Source of the DNA: a virus
Lineage: Duplodnaviria > Caudoviricetes
Virus record (IMG/VR): IMGVR_UViG_3300036944_000366
Location: 1-62,536 of that record
Direction: 5' to 3' (one strand)
DNA length: 62,536 bases
Shown: positions 9,832 through 19,945 of the stretch, one piece after another
Numbering within the stretch: the first letter of the stretch is position 1
Layout: each line of letters starts with the position of its first letter
Position numbers and translations under genes: made by a program
Notes under the pieces: generated by a model
What the model was told of the DNA's origin: nothing
Databases searched by the model: none
What the model saw: only the letters and a program-made list of their open reading frames with translations

Positions 9832-10141
9832 AGAAACCAAAGAATCAGCAAAAAGTGCGTTGATCGAAAAGATCACGTTTGCCATCCTGCCCTTGTTGTT
9901 CTCGTGTGTGGTGTACCTCATGAACGCACTGTCCAATTTGGCGCATGAAGTCACCATTCTTAACAGCAAGATCAGCTTGGTGGTGACGTCCGACAATAAG
10001 CAGGCAACCAACACAGGCGCTGAGTTGGCCCGTGAACGGTTGCGCCAAGACCTGTCGCTGGAGATTCAAAAGAACCGCGACGACATCCAATACAACCGCC
10101 AAAAAATTGCAATCATCGAAACCAAGATGGACAAAAAATGA
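9824..10141 (+). CDS. TM plus coiled-coil protein in lysis cassette
   Basis: GGAG RBS before ATG 9824; one TM segment. Confidence 0.65.
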   Translation: MAEETKESAKSALIEKITFAILPLLFSCVVYLMNALSNLAHEVTILNSKISLVVTSDNKQATNTGAELARERLRQDLSLEIQKNRDDIQYNRQKIAIIETKMDKK

Positions 10142-10602
10142 ACTTGAGCGACCTGAACCCGTTGGCTGCCATCGGCGGCAAACTGATCGACCGTTTTTTG
10201 CCCGACCCCGCCGCAGCCGCAGCCGCAAAGCAGGAGTTGGCCCAAATGCAGGAGAACGGCGAATTGGCGCGGATGGCCAACGACACCAAGGTGCTGGAGA
10301 TCACCAACGCCAACACAGACAGCGCACGCAACATGAACGCCAAGATTCAAGAGTCTGACAGCGCTTCATGGTTGGCCAAGAACACGGCCTATGCGCTTGA
10401 CATTGGGATTGTGTCAGCCACCATATTCTTGGCTTGGTTTGCCTTCATAAAGGGCGTCCCAGAGGCCAACAAAGAACTGGTGTACATGGCACTTGGATCG
10501 CTCATTACCATGTGCGGCACCGTGCTGAACTTTCACCGTGGCAGCTCCCAAGGCTCCAAAGACAAAGGCCTTGACCTTCAAAACCTAAAAGACAAAAAAT
10601 GA
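10138..10602 (+). CDS. Putative holin
   Basis: IGGKLIDRFLPDP N-terminus, two C-terminal TM segments, ATGA overlap with endolysin. Confidence 0.65.
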   Translation: MNLSDLNPLAAIGGKLIDRFLPDPAAAAAAKQELAQMQENGELARMANDTKVLEITNANTDSARNMNAKIQESDSASWLAKNTAYALDIGIVSATIFLAWFAFIKGVPEANKELVYMALGSLITMCGTVLNFHRGSSQGSKDKGLDLQNLKDKK

Positions 10603-11189
10603 CGGAAGACCAACTCAAGGAAATGCACATTGACCCGTCTTGGCTGGAGCCACTGAAGGCGGCTTTTGACCGTTACGACATCAGCACCCCTGAGCGCCAA
10701 GCGGCATTTATTGGGCAGTGCTCCCACGAGTCGGGCAACTTCAAGACCCTGCAAGAGAACCTGAACTACAGCGCCAAGGGCTTGCATGCCACTTGGCCAA
10801 GCCGGTTCCCATCCGAAGAGGCGGCTCAGCCGTTCCACCGCAACTCCGAGAAGATCGCCAACAAGGTGTACTCGGGTCGTATGGGCAACACTCAAGATGG
10901 CGACGGATGGAAGTACCGTGGCCGAGGTCTGATCCAATTGACCGGCAAAGACAACTACCGCCTTGCCTCGGACGCTCTGGGCGTGGACTTGGTTGGCAAC
11001 CCTGACTTGGTTCTGTCCAAAGAATATGCCGCCCTGACGGCTGCGTGGTACTGGAACAAGCGCGGCCTAAACAAAGAGGCCGACGCCAAAGACTTCACGG
11101 GGATGACAAAGAAGATTAACGGTGGGACAATAGGGCTCGAAGACAGGGTTGCGCACATCAACACCGCCCTCAACGTCCTGACCGCATGA
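10599..11189 (+). CDS. Endolysin, glycoside hydrolase family 19
   Basis: AAFIGQCSHES, ENLNYS, YRGRGLIQLTGKDNY, TKKINGG motifs. Confidence 0.92.
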   Translation: MTEDQLKEMHIDPSWLEPLKAAFDRYDISTPERQAAFIGQCSHESGNFKTLQENLNYSAKGLHATWPSRFPSEEAAQPFHRNSEKIANKVYSGRMGNTQDGDGWKYRGRGLIQLTGKDNYRLASDALGVDLVGNPDLVLSKEYAALTAAWYWNKRGLNKEADAKDFTGMTKKINGGTIGLEDRVAHINTALNVLTA

Positions 11190-11197
11190 GGTAAAAC

Positions 11198-13636
11198 GTG
11201 CCACTACAAAAAATACTGTTTAAGCCGGGGATTAACCGCGAAAACACACGCTATACCACTGAAGGCGGATGGTATGACGGCGACAAAGTGCGCTTTCGTC
11301 AAGGCACGCCCGAGAAGATTGGCGGCTGGCAACGCATTTCGGCCAGCACGTTTTTGGGCGTTTGTCGTTCATTATGGAACTGGGCAACGCTTGCCTATTT
11401 GAACTTGATTGGCGTGGGTACAAACCTTAAGTTCTATATAGAGAACGGCGGGGCTTACTACGACATCACGCCCATTCGCAGTACCGTTACGCTGACAAAC
11501 CCGTTTACTGCCACGCTTAACTCAGCAGTTATCACAGTTGCGGACACTGCTCACGGTGCTGTTGCTGGGGATTTTGTGACATTTAGCGGGGCTACGGGCC
11601 TTGGCGGCAACATCACAGCGGCGGTGCTCAACAAAGAGTATCAAGTTACCGCTGTGGTGAGCGACGACGCATACACCGTTACTGCCAGTGCAACGGCCAA
11701 CGCAACGGACGTTTCAGGATCGCCCGGGGGTGGTACGGTAACTGCGACTTACCAAATTAACACAGGCTCGGCGATTGAAGTGCCTGAAGTTGGTTGGGGC
11801 GGTGGAGCTTGGGGCTCAGGAGCGTGGGGTGTTGGTTCCACCACGGCATTTTCGCTTCGACTGTGGAACCAGAGCAACTACGGTGAAGACTTGGTTTTTG
11901 GCCCCCGCGGCGGCGGTGTCTATTACTGGAACGCAACCGACGGGTTAAATACTCGCGGGGTTCTCATGAACTCTTTGGGCGGGGCCGTTACAATTTCACT
12001 GACAAACCCAACAATTGTTTCCGGGGTAACACTGTTTACTTCCGGCGCGGCGTTGCAGTTTCAGGGCAATTTGCCGTCAACTATGGCGGCGAACACTACG
12101 TATTACGTTTTTGATCCTGACGGTTTGGCTTACCGGTTGCTGGATGCAGATGGAAACTTTGTAGGCAACTCCCTTCCGCCAGCAGTTTTGGGGGTAACGG
12201 GTTTGGGGGGTGTGGGTACGGTTGTTGCCCGTGTACTGCCTTTACCCGCGCTGTCTGGAGTGGGCGCGGTTGGAAGCGTAGGCACTGTTGGTCCTGTAGC
12301 GGCTATGACTGGCGTCTATTTGAGCGGCGTCTCTGCAACGGGTTCTTTGGGCACAATGAACGAGGCAGGCGTTGCGCTTTCAGGAGTATCCGCATCCGGC
12401 GTGGTAAACACTTTCACTGCGGCAAACAACAGCGGGATTGTTTTGTCGGGAACCACCAGCGTTGGAAACGCAGGGACTGTGCTCCCTACAGGCAGTTTGA
12501 CGGGCGCGTATGTGTCAAAAATTGTGGATGTGCCGGAGTTGCAAAACACGTTGACAGTCTCTGACACCTCACGGTTCATCATTGTTTTTGGCACAAACGA
12601 CTACAACAGCATCACGATGGACCCCATGCTAATCCGCTGGTCCAACCAAGACGACTTTTATAACTGGACGCCTGATGCAACCAATCAGGCAGGCAGCATC
12701 CGTCTGTCGCACGGCTCTGAAATTGTTACGGCTATCCAGACTCGGCAAGAAATTGTGACCTTTACCGACTCCGCCGTGTATTCACTGCAATACCTTGGCC
12801 CCCCCGCTGTGTGGCAGACGCAGTTGCTTGGCGATAATATATCTATCGTAAGCCCGAACTGTGTTGCACTGGCTTCTGGCATTGTGTACTGGATGGGCGT
12901 AGATAAGTTCTATGCCTACGATGGCCGAGTGCAAACGCTTAACTGCGATGTCCGGCGCTACGTTTTTAGCAACTTCAATCAGGGCCAAGCCTCTCAAGTC
13001 TTTTCGGGGACTAACGAAGGGTTTAACGAAGTATGGTGGTTCTACTGCTCAGCTACTGGGCCAGATGGTACAAACACGCCAGCAAACCCAAACACCGTTG
13101 CTGACCGGTACGTGGTGTTCAACTACGCCGAACGAATCTGGTATTACGGTACGTTGCAACGCACTGCGTGGCTGGATTCAGGAATCAACGACTACCCTAT
13201 AGCCGCTACATACAGCAACAATCTTGTGAACCATGAGCAAGGGATTAACAACGACGAGACAGAAACTACGCTGCCTATTGCTGCCAACATCTCGTCGTCT
13301 GAGTTCGACATTGGTGACGGTCATAACTTTGGATTTGTTTGGCGCGTGCTGCCTGACTTGACGTTTGGAAACTCGACTACATCACCTAGTGCGCAAGCGC
13401 CTACTGTGACTATGACGCTGTACGGGCTTTCAAACTCCGGTTCTGGGGCAACTAGCTCGGCAGGAGCGCCGGTTGCGGCTGTTGCTACTTACACGCTTAC
13501 AGAAGAATTCACGGGGCAGATTTACACCCGGATGCGCGGTCGTCAGATAATTTTCAAGATTGAGTCGAACCAAGTTAACACGGAGTGGCAGATTGGCGCT
13601 CCTCGTATTGACATCAGGCCTGATGGACGTAGGTGA
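11198..13636 (+). CDS. Putative tail nozzle / head-closure (stabilisation) protein
   Basis: 812 aa beta-rich; LIRWSNQDD, VYWMGVDKFYAYDGRV, ends RIDIRPDGRR; precedes ejection genes. Confidence 0.65.
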   Translation: MPLQKILFKPGINRENTRYTTEGGWYDGDKVRFRQGTPEKIGGWQRISASTFLGVCRSLWNWATLAYLNLIGVGTNLKFYIENGGAYYDITPIRSTVTLTNPFTATLNSAVITVADTAHGAVAGDFVTFSGATGLGGNITAAVLNKEYQVTAVVSDDAYTVTASATANATDVSGSPGGGTVTATYQINTGSAIEVPEVGWGGGAWGSGAWGVGSTTAFSLRLWNQSNYGEDLVFGPRGGGVYYWNATDGLNTRGVLMNSLGGAVTISLTNPTIVSGVTLFTSGAALQFQGNLPSTMAANTTYYVFDPDGLAYRLLDADGNFVGNSLPPAVLGVTGLGGVGTVVARVLPLPALSGVGAVGSVGTVGPVAAMTGVYLSGVSATGSLGTMNEAGVALSGVSASGVVNTFTAANNSGIVLSGTTSVGNAGTVLPTGSLTGAYVSKIVDVPELQNTLTVSDTSRFIIVFGTNDYNSITMDPMLIRWSNQDDFYNWTPDATNQAGSIRLSHGSEIVTAIQTRQEIVTFTDSAVYSLQYLGPPAVWQTQLLGDNISIVSPNCVALASGIVYWMGVDKFYAYDGRVQTLNCDVRRYVFSNFNQGQASQVFSGTNEGFNEVWWFYCSATGPDGTNTPANPNTVADRYVVFNYAERIWYYGTLQRTAWLDSGINDYPIAATYSNNLVNHEQGINNDETETTLPIAANISSSEFDIGDGHNFGFVWRVLPDLTFGNSTTSPSAQAPTVTMTLYGLSNSGSGATSSAGAPVAAVATYTLTEEFTGQIYTRMRGRQIIFKIESNQVNTEWQIGAPRIDIRPDGRR

Positions 13637-13697
13637 CATGTATACCGATCTAAAAATAACGTGTATACTACAAGCTCTTAATCTGAAGGGGCTTGTG

Positions 13698-14318
13698 ATG
13701 AAATTCGTGGATCGAACAGGGCAGGTGTTTGGAAAACTGACGGTACTCGGGCAGGCCGGACGAAACCGTTTGAAAAAAGTTTTGTGGCGCTGTCAGTGTG
13801 TCTGCGGTAACGAAACGACAGTCGTGGCAGGATCGCTGGTCACCGGGAACACTACTTCCTGCGGGTGTGTTATTCCCAACTTCAAACACGGCGGCTGGAA
13901 CAAGTCTTCCTACAACACATGGCGGGCCATGATGCGTCGCTGCTACACCGCTTCAGACAAGGACTACCCAAAGTGGGGCGGTAGGGGGGTACTTGTTTAC
14001 GCGCCTTGGCACGATTACGCTACTTTTGCGAAAGAAGTTGGAGAGCCTTCAGGGGCAGAGACCTTTGACCGGATTGATACCACGGGAAACTACGTGCCGG
14101 GCAATGTACGCTGGACAACCCCAACAGTGCAGGCTCGAAATATTCGCGTACCAAAGACAAGTAAGACCGGGGTCACTGGCGTGCTGTTCCATCATGGCTG
14201 CTATTACGCCGCAATAACCGTGCAAAAGAAAAAGTACTACTCCAAGGTGTGCGCTACTTTGGAAGAAGCCGCGGCAGCCCGTAAAGAACTTGAGCGCCTC
14301 CACTGGGGAATTGCATAA
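13698..14318 (+). CDS. Free-standing HNH-type homing endonuclease with AP2-like C-terminus
   Basis: FGKLTVL...WRCQCVCG...SCGC; DRIDTTGNYVPGNVRW...QARN; TGVTGV...YYAAI...EAAAAR. Confidence 0.8.
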   Translation: MKFVDRTGQVFGKLTVLGQAGRNRLKKVLWRCQCVCGNETTVVAGSLVTGNTTSCGCVIPNFKHGGWNKSSYNTWRAMMRRCYTASDKDYPKWGGRGVLVYAPWHDYATFAKEVGEPSGAETFDRIDTTGNYVPGNVRWTTPTVQARNIRVPKTSKTGVTGVLFHHGCYYAAITVQKKKYYSKVCATLEEAAAARKELERLHWGIA

Positions 14319-14584
14319 TGGCAGAACTAAACGCAACCCCGCCCAACTTGCCGTTGGCTCCGGACCAGTACGAACGCCGGTATCAGGACCAACTGAACAA
14401 CATTTTGCGCTTGTTCTTCAACCAGCTCAACAACCCCGGAGCGGTTGGCGCAGCCACGCTGAACCTGAACCTGAACACACTGCCAACAGACGCGGACCTT
14501 GCGAACCTGAGACTTGGCGATGTGTTTCGAGACACCACCACGGGTTCGGCCAGCCAAGTGCTTCGCATAAAGACCGCCCCGTGA
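14318..14584 (+). CDS. Small putative structural protein
   Basis: PNLPLAPDQYERRYQDQLNNILRLFF; tightly packed. Confidence 0.7.
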   Translation: MAELNATPPNLPLAPDQYERRYQDQLNNILRLFFNQLNNPGAVGAATLNLNLNTLPTDADLANLRLGDVFRDTTTGSASQVLRIKTAP

Positions 14585-14618
14585 TAACATCCACCAACCC
14601 TATTTTTAAGAGGCAAAT

Positions 14619-17264
14619 ATGAGCCTTCACGCACTCGCGGGCCACATGTCCGCCAAAGGCCGTGGTCCCGACTCGATGTTGGTTCACATGACCCCCCGAG
14701 AAGTCGCAAGTCTTCAGGCTTTGGCGGTAAAAAACGGCACGTCGTTAACAGTCAACCCCGAAACAGGGTTGCCGGAAGCGTTCAAACTCAAAGACTTGCT
14801 GCCCATGATTGCAGGCGCAGCGCTTGGCCCTGCCGGTTTTGGTTTGATGTCTGCTGGTATGGCAGGTGTGGCCGTTGGCGGCATCACCACTTTGGCTACA
14901 GGCAGCTTGTCTCGCGGCCTCATGGCCGGTTTGGGTGCTTATGGCGGTGCAGGTTTGGCCGAAGGGTTAGCGGGTATGGGGTCTACAGCGGTTGGCTCGG
15001 AGGCACTTGCTGCCGCTAATGCGGCGACGGACCCAATAGCGTCCCTTGCAGCAGCTAAAGACGCTGCAACTGCGGCGGGCACCGTTGCTCCTACAGGTTT
15101 TTCAGCACTGACCGAAGGGGCAAGCCGCGCTTTTACAAGCCCTGAAGGCCTCAAAGAGTTGGGTACGTCAATGGGGGGTATGGGTAAACTGGCCCAGTCC
15201 GGACTTGCCGCAATCTCCCCCATGTTGGCGGATAAAGGCGTGCAGACCACAACTAAGATGCCTAGCACGGGCACTATCCGCAGGTACAACTTTGATCCGT
15301 ACGGGCAGACCTACACGCCTGCCGGGGAGTACGCAGCTGCTGAAGAAGACAGAAAAGCAACAGGCGGTATCGTGGCGTTGGCCGCAGGCGGTCCCTCGTA
15401 TATTGACTTGAACAAAGACAGCTCGGCTGACCAAATTGCTTCTGCTTACAAAGCGTTCACTGATGCCTCTGGCGGTGACACGAAGGAAAACCAAGCCGCA
15501 GCTATTGACTACTTGGCAAACCTTGGTATCGGAAACGACAAGATTAACCAGTCCTACAGCAATTTTCAAGAAGGTCCAAAATACACCAACTACACGGCGC
15601 AAGACGTTACGGACTACTTGCAGGCCAACCCCAACGCAGACATTGCAGCAGCCACGCAGCAATTTAACGCCGACCCAACCACGGTAAATCAGGCCATCGG
15701 CCAACTGGGCGCTGGGTTCCTCGACCCAACGCAGACGGCAAAAGGCTCCGGCAGCGGGCAGTACTTCGACACATTCTCTAAATACGGCATTGACGCAAAC
15801 GAGTTGTTTGCGGCAAACAAAGCGCTCAACCCCAACTATTCTTTTGCAGGCGACACAACTGCTGGCGGGATGAACCGCGCCTTTGAAACAGCAAAAGACT
15901 TTAAGGGTTTTAATCCTGTGGGCACCAGTCAAGCCCTTCAGGATGTTGAGTGGGTCAAGAAGATGGACACCGAAGGCGCAAACGCCGTTGACATTGCCCG
16001 CTTGACTGGCCTTTCGATTGGTGAAGTGCAAGCGCGTGAAACCGCTGCGCGGTTGTTAATGAAAACGGGTATTGGTACAGGCAAATTAGACACGGTAGAT
16101 ATTTTGCCCGGCGGCGGTCCCGGCGGAATCAGCGGTGGTGGCAACACGGTGGTCAACCCCAACGGCACAGTTACAACTACGCCCAACATTCCCGGTCGTC
16201 CAGATGGCGGCTTTACAGGTATGGGGCAAGTTAAAGACGCGTACACGGCAGGTGGCGGTAGTTTGGGTTACGTCAACAACGCCCCTAAAGACATGGACGA
16301 GTTCAACCGGCGCTTCAACACGCAAACGGGCGACTCACTGGCGGCATACAACTACCTCATAGGTAAAGGCGCATACCCAACGCAGTCTGGCGTGGGGCAA
16401 ATCATGCGCCCGTATGGCGAAGGCGCACTTGGCATGCCGGTAACCGAAGGCCGTCCAACGCAGCGGTATATTTACGACCCGGTCACACGCGGGTACAAAG
16501 AAAACCCCAACTACGTGCCCATCACATACGACAGCAAGGGCAAGCGCGTCGAAGGGCTTTCAACAAACGAAGTGCTTAAAGGCGTTAAAGCGCTTAAGGA
16601 CCCCGCTGATAACGTCGCGTTATTTGACTGGGCAACCGCCAACAACGTCTCTGAAGCACAACTTGCCGCTGCGCTGGGCATCTCGATTGCCGAAGCCCGC
16701 GCCCGTATTGCCGCAGGCAAGACAAAGAGCACTGCCGCAAATGCGGCAGTGGCAGGCACTACTGTTGTAGATACTGGCGGGGGTGGCGATAGCTCTGGTG
16801 CCGGGGCTGGTGGTGTTGGGGGTACTGGCGGTAACGGTGGCGGTGTTGGTGGGGGCATGGGCAACTCCGGAGAAGGCGGCGGGGGTCCCGGCGAAGGGGG
16901 CTGGGCCTACGGAGGGCAAGTCAAGCGCATGGCTCTTGGCGGTCTTGGCGCTCTGGCTGGCGGCGGTCAAGCCGGGTACAACCTCGGCGGCTACTCTGAT
17001 GGCGGTCGTTTGCTGCGCGGCCCCGGTGATGGCGTGTCTGACAGCATCCCTGCGACAATTGGTAACAAGCAACCCGCACGCCTTGCCGATGGTGAATTCG
17101 TGGTCCCGGCCCGCATTGTGTCTGAGCTGGGCAACGGCTCGACTGAAGCTGGCGCACGCAAGCTGTACGCCATGATGGACCGTGTTCAAAAGGCCCGTGG
17201 CAAGACCACAGGCAAGAGCCGTGTTGCTGCCAACACACGTTCTGAAAAATATCTCCCCGCATAA
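14619..17264 (+). CDS. Putative ejection / internal virion protein
   Basis: Gly/Ala-rich hydrophobic N-region; C-terminal GPGDGVSDSIPA...LADGEFVVPA domain as in tape-measure C-termini. Confidence 0.65.
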   Translation: MSLHALAGHMSAKGRGPDSMLVHMTPREVASLQALAVKNGTSLTVNPETGLPEAFKLKDLLPMIAGAALGPAGFGLMSAGMAGVAVGGITTLATGSLSRGLMAGLGAYGGAGLAEGLAGMGSTAVGSEALAAANAATDPIASLAAAKDAATAAGTVAPTGFSALTEGASRAFTSPEGLKELGTSMGGMGKLAQSGLAAISPMLADKGVQTTTKMPSTGTIRRYNFDPYGQTYTPAGEYAAAEEDRKATGGIVALAAGGPSYIDLNKDSSADQIASAYKAFTDASGGDTKENQAAAIDYLANLGIGNDKINQSYSNFQEGPKYTNYTAQDVTDYLQANPNADIAAATQQFNADPTTVNQAIGQLGAGFLDPTQTAKGSGSGQYFDTFSKYGIDANELFAANKALNPNYSFAGDTTAGGMNRAFETAKDFKGFNPVGTSQALQDVEWVKKMDTEGANAVDIARLTGLSIGEVQARETAARLLMKTGIGTGKLDTVDILPGGGPGGISGGGNTVVNPNGTVTTTPNIPGRPDGGFTGMGQVKDAYTAGGGSLGYVNNAPKDMDEFNRRFNTQTGDSLAAYNYLIGKGAYPTQSGVGQIMRPYGEGALGMPVTEGRPTQRYIYDPVTRGYKENPNYVPITYDSKGKRVEGLSTNEVLKGVKALKDPADNVALFDWATANNVSEAQLAAALGISIAEARARIAAGKTKSTAANAAVAGTTVVDTGGGGDSSGAGAGGVGGTGGNGGGVGGGMGNSGEGGGGPGEGGWAYGGQVKRMALGGLGALAGGGQAGYNLGGYSDGGRLLRGPGDGVSDSIPATIGNKQPARLADGEFVVPARIVSELGNGSTEAGARKLYAMMDRVQKARGKTTGKSRVAANTRSEKYLPA

Positions 17265-17275
17265 GGAGCCAAGAC

Positions 17276-18301
17276 ATGGCTGATCCAGTACAACAAAATG
17301 TATCGCAGACGACCATCCCCGACTATGCGAAAGAGTATGTCGAGCGGTTGTTGGGCAGAACCGAAGCCCTAACCGATCTGTCGTCCAACCCCTACATGCA
17401 GTACATGGGGGAGCGGCAAGCGCAGTTCTCTCCTTTGCAACAACAGGCGTTTGAGAACGCGGCACTGATGCGCAGCAGCCCCCAGTTGCAAGATGCAACC
17501 GGATTGGCCGGGATGGCGGGCTTGGGCGCTTTGAACACCAGCTACACGTATAGACCTGCTGACTTTACGGCCGAAAACGCTGGTCGCATGATGTCTCCGT
17601 ACATGCAGAACGTGGTGGACGTGCAGTCCCAGCAAGCCAAACGTCAAGCAGATATTGCTGCGCAGACTCAACAAGCACAAGCGGCCCGTTCGGGCTCGTT
17701 TGGTGGCGCACGTGACTACATTTCCCGCAATCAGGGCAACGCAGAGTTGCAGCGCAATCTGGCCAACATCCAAGCCACAGGCTCACAAAACGCTTTTACT
17801 CAAGCGCAAAACCAGTACAACACACAAAATCAGCTCAACGCTCAGCAAGGCCAGTTCGGTGCGGGCCTTGGCATGCAGGGTTTGCAGACAGCGCTTTCCA
17901 GCGCTAACACTCTGGGCAATTTGGGTAACCAGCAGTACACCCAGAACATGGGCATCACAAGCATGCAAAACCAGTTCGGTGGTCAACAGCAACAGCAAGT
18001 TCAGAACATGCTGAACAACCAATACAACGACTTCCAAAACTACCAGAACTATCCGTACAAGCAGTTGGGCTTTATGTCCGACATGCTGCGCGGTTTGCCT
18101 CTGTCGCAAACATCTTCAAACATCTACCAACAAGCGCCTTCCACGGGCGCACAAGTCCTTGGCGCAGCCACCTCATTGGGCGGTGCGTACTTGATGGGCG
18201 GTCGCAAAGAAGGCGGTGTTGTGGGCAGCTACGCAAACGGCGGCGCTGTGAACTCTCAGCCAGCAGGTCTGGCTGAACTGGCTCTTTCTCGGATGGCGTA
18301 A
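17276..18301 (+). CDS. Putative ejection (DNA transfer) protein, Gln-rich
   Basis: Q/N/A-rich helical; GSFGGAR motif; position. Confidence 0.6.
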   Translation: MADPVQQNVSQTTIPDYAKEYVERLLGRTEALTDLSSNPYMQYMGERQAQFSPLQQQAFENAALMRSSPQLQDATGLAGMAGLGALNTSYTYRPADFTAENAGRMMSPYMQNVVDVQSQQAKRQADIAAQTQQAQAARSGSFGGARDYISRNQGNAELQRNLANIQATGSQNAFTQAQNQYNTQNQLNAQQGQFGAGLGMQGLQTALSSANTLGNLGNQQYTQNMGITSMQNQFGGQQQQQVQNMLNNQYNDFQNYQNYPYKQLGFMSDMLRGLPLSQTSSNIYQQAPSTGAQVLGAATSLGGAYLMGGRKEGGVVGSYANGGAVNSQPAGLAELALSRMA

Positions 18302-18310
18302 GGATAAATC

Positions 18311-19876
18311 ATGGCAATCGACCAACGCGACGTCAGCTCCACATTGCGGTTCATGGATGACCGCGCCTTGCAGCAGTATGCTGCGATGCACAAGAACGAC
18401 CCTTACATCTTCCCTCTGGCTTTTCAAGAAAGCCAAAACCGCCAGAAGCTGCGCATGAACCAACAGGCGCAAGCCGGTGCACAGCCCCAGCCAAAAGTAG
18501 CCGACGCAGCACTGGCCCAGATGGCTCCCCCACAAGCACAACCGATGCCTGAAGCACAGGGTATTGGCGCGTTGCCTGCACCGAACATGCAGTTTGCAGC
18601 CGAAGGCGGCATCCTCGGTTACGACGATGCAGACCTTGCTGAGCGCAGCGAACCTGTAGTGATGATGGCTGAAGGCGGGGTTGCTCGGTATCAGGTTGGG
18701 GGTCCTACTTTTGACCCAGCTACAGGCGTGGTGGTTGCAGACCCTGCCGCTTACGGCGGTACAGACGACCGAACACTGTTTGAGCGCTTGGGCATCTTCA
18801 ACCCCGAGAACCGCCGTGCTTTAGAAAAAGCAGAACGAGAGCAAGCAATTCGGGAAGAAGCGGCCAAAGCTGCAAAAACCCCCGGCGCTAAAGCGGCCGC
18901 TGCCGCAGCCCCCACTACAACTACGCCTGCGCCAACAGTCGATGCCGCCCCCAAACCCGATACTACCCGCAAGACCGGCCCTAGCAATAAGCCAGCCGCA
19001 GCGGCATCCACCGCGGACAAGGGGCCAACAGGCATTGAGGCACTGGCAGACAAGCTCACACGTTCGACCGATCTTGCCCTTGGAGAGCAGCGCAATGCAC
19101 GCGCTGGGCTTTCATCGCGTATGGAGCAAGAAGCTACAGAGTACGCCGCCGACACCAAGAACAGAATCAAGGAAGAGGGCGACGTGTTCAAGGGCAAAGA
19201 AGAGCGCCTTGCTGCACGGGAAAAAGGTATTGAAGGTTTGGGCGACAAGTACATGGGCTTGGCGCTGCTGCAAGCAGGCGCTGCCATGATGTCCACTCCG
19301 GGCAACCTCGGCTCCGTGATCGGCAAAGGCATCCAAGTAGGAAGCGAGCGCTACATCGCTGGTATCGACAAGATCAACGCCGCCAAGGACAAGTTTGCCG
19401 AAGCACGCGACCGTCTGGACGACCTGCGCCTGAACCGCGACGACATGAACAAGAAAGAAGTTCGTGACGCCGACCGCGCTATTCGCACTGCCCGACTCCA
19501 AGGCCAGCAGTTGCTGGTTGACGGTGCTGGGAAAGACTTGGAAATCTCAAACGCAAACCAAACAAAAATCTTTGGCGCGGTTGCCAACGCAATGCAGTCG
19601 GACAAAGAAATCGCCAGCAAAGAAGGTATTGCTCGTTCGCAGATCGCAGCAACGCTCAACACGCCTGATCGCATCCTGTTTGACCAGCTGATGAAAAAGA
19701 ACGGTAATGACGCTACCAAAGCGTTGGAAGCGTTCAAGCTGGCCAAAGGCGACAAGTTTGATGTGCGCTCGTCGTACGCAGACTACCTCAAGGCGTTTGC
19801 GGGCAAAGAAGGTTTGACGCCTCCGATGTCAATGGGGGCCTACGCCGGGCAGTTTGGGGCTACTCTCCCACGCTGA
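18311..19876 (+). CDS. Putative ejection protein
   Basis: Helical; GLALLQAGAAMM segment; three xxxGG motifs. Confidence 0.6.
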   Translation: MAIDQRDVSSTLRFMDDRALQQYAAMHKNDPYIFPLAFQESQNRQKLRMNQQAQAGAQPQPKVADAALAQMAPPQAQPMPEAQGIGALPAPNMQFAAEGGILGYDDADLAERSEPVVMMAEGGVARYQVGGPTFDPATGVVVADPAAYGGTDDRTLFERLGIFNPENRRALEKAEREQAIREEAAKAAKTPGAKAAAAAAPTTTTPAPTVDAAPKPDTTRKTGPSNKPAAAASTADKGPTGIEALADKLTRSTDLALGEQRNARAGLSSRMEQEATEYAADTKNRIKEEGDVFKGKEERLAAREKGIEGLGDKYMGLALLQAGAAMMSTPGNLGSVIGKGIQVGSERYIAGIDKINAAKDKFAEARDRLDDLRLNRDDMNKKEVRDADRAIRTARLQGQQLLVDGAGKDLEISNANQTKIFGAVANAMQSDKEIASKEGIARSQIAATLNTPDRILFDQLMKKNGNDATKALEAFKLAKGDKFDVRSSYADYLKAFAGKEGLTPPMSMGAYAGQFGATLPR

Positions 19877-19880
19877 TCTT

Positions 19881-19889
19881 TGCCATAAT
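19881..19889 (+). promoter_or_regulatory. Possible extended -10 promoter for the giant gene
   Basis: TGcCATAAT in the only intergenic gap upstream of 19946. Confidence 0.35.
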
Positions 19890-19945
19890 AGGCAGGCGCT
19901 TAAACATTCGGGGTCGCGCCACCCGATCACAATTCGAGAACTGCT

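Noticed and set aside
16780-16915. Gly-rich stretch as a distinct repeat element
   Set aside because: Low-complexity coding linker without a regular nucleotide period.
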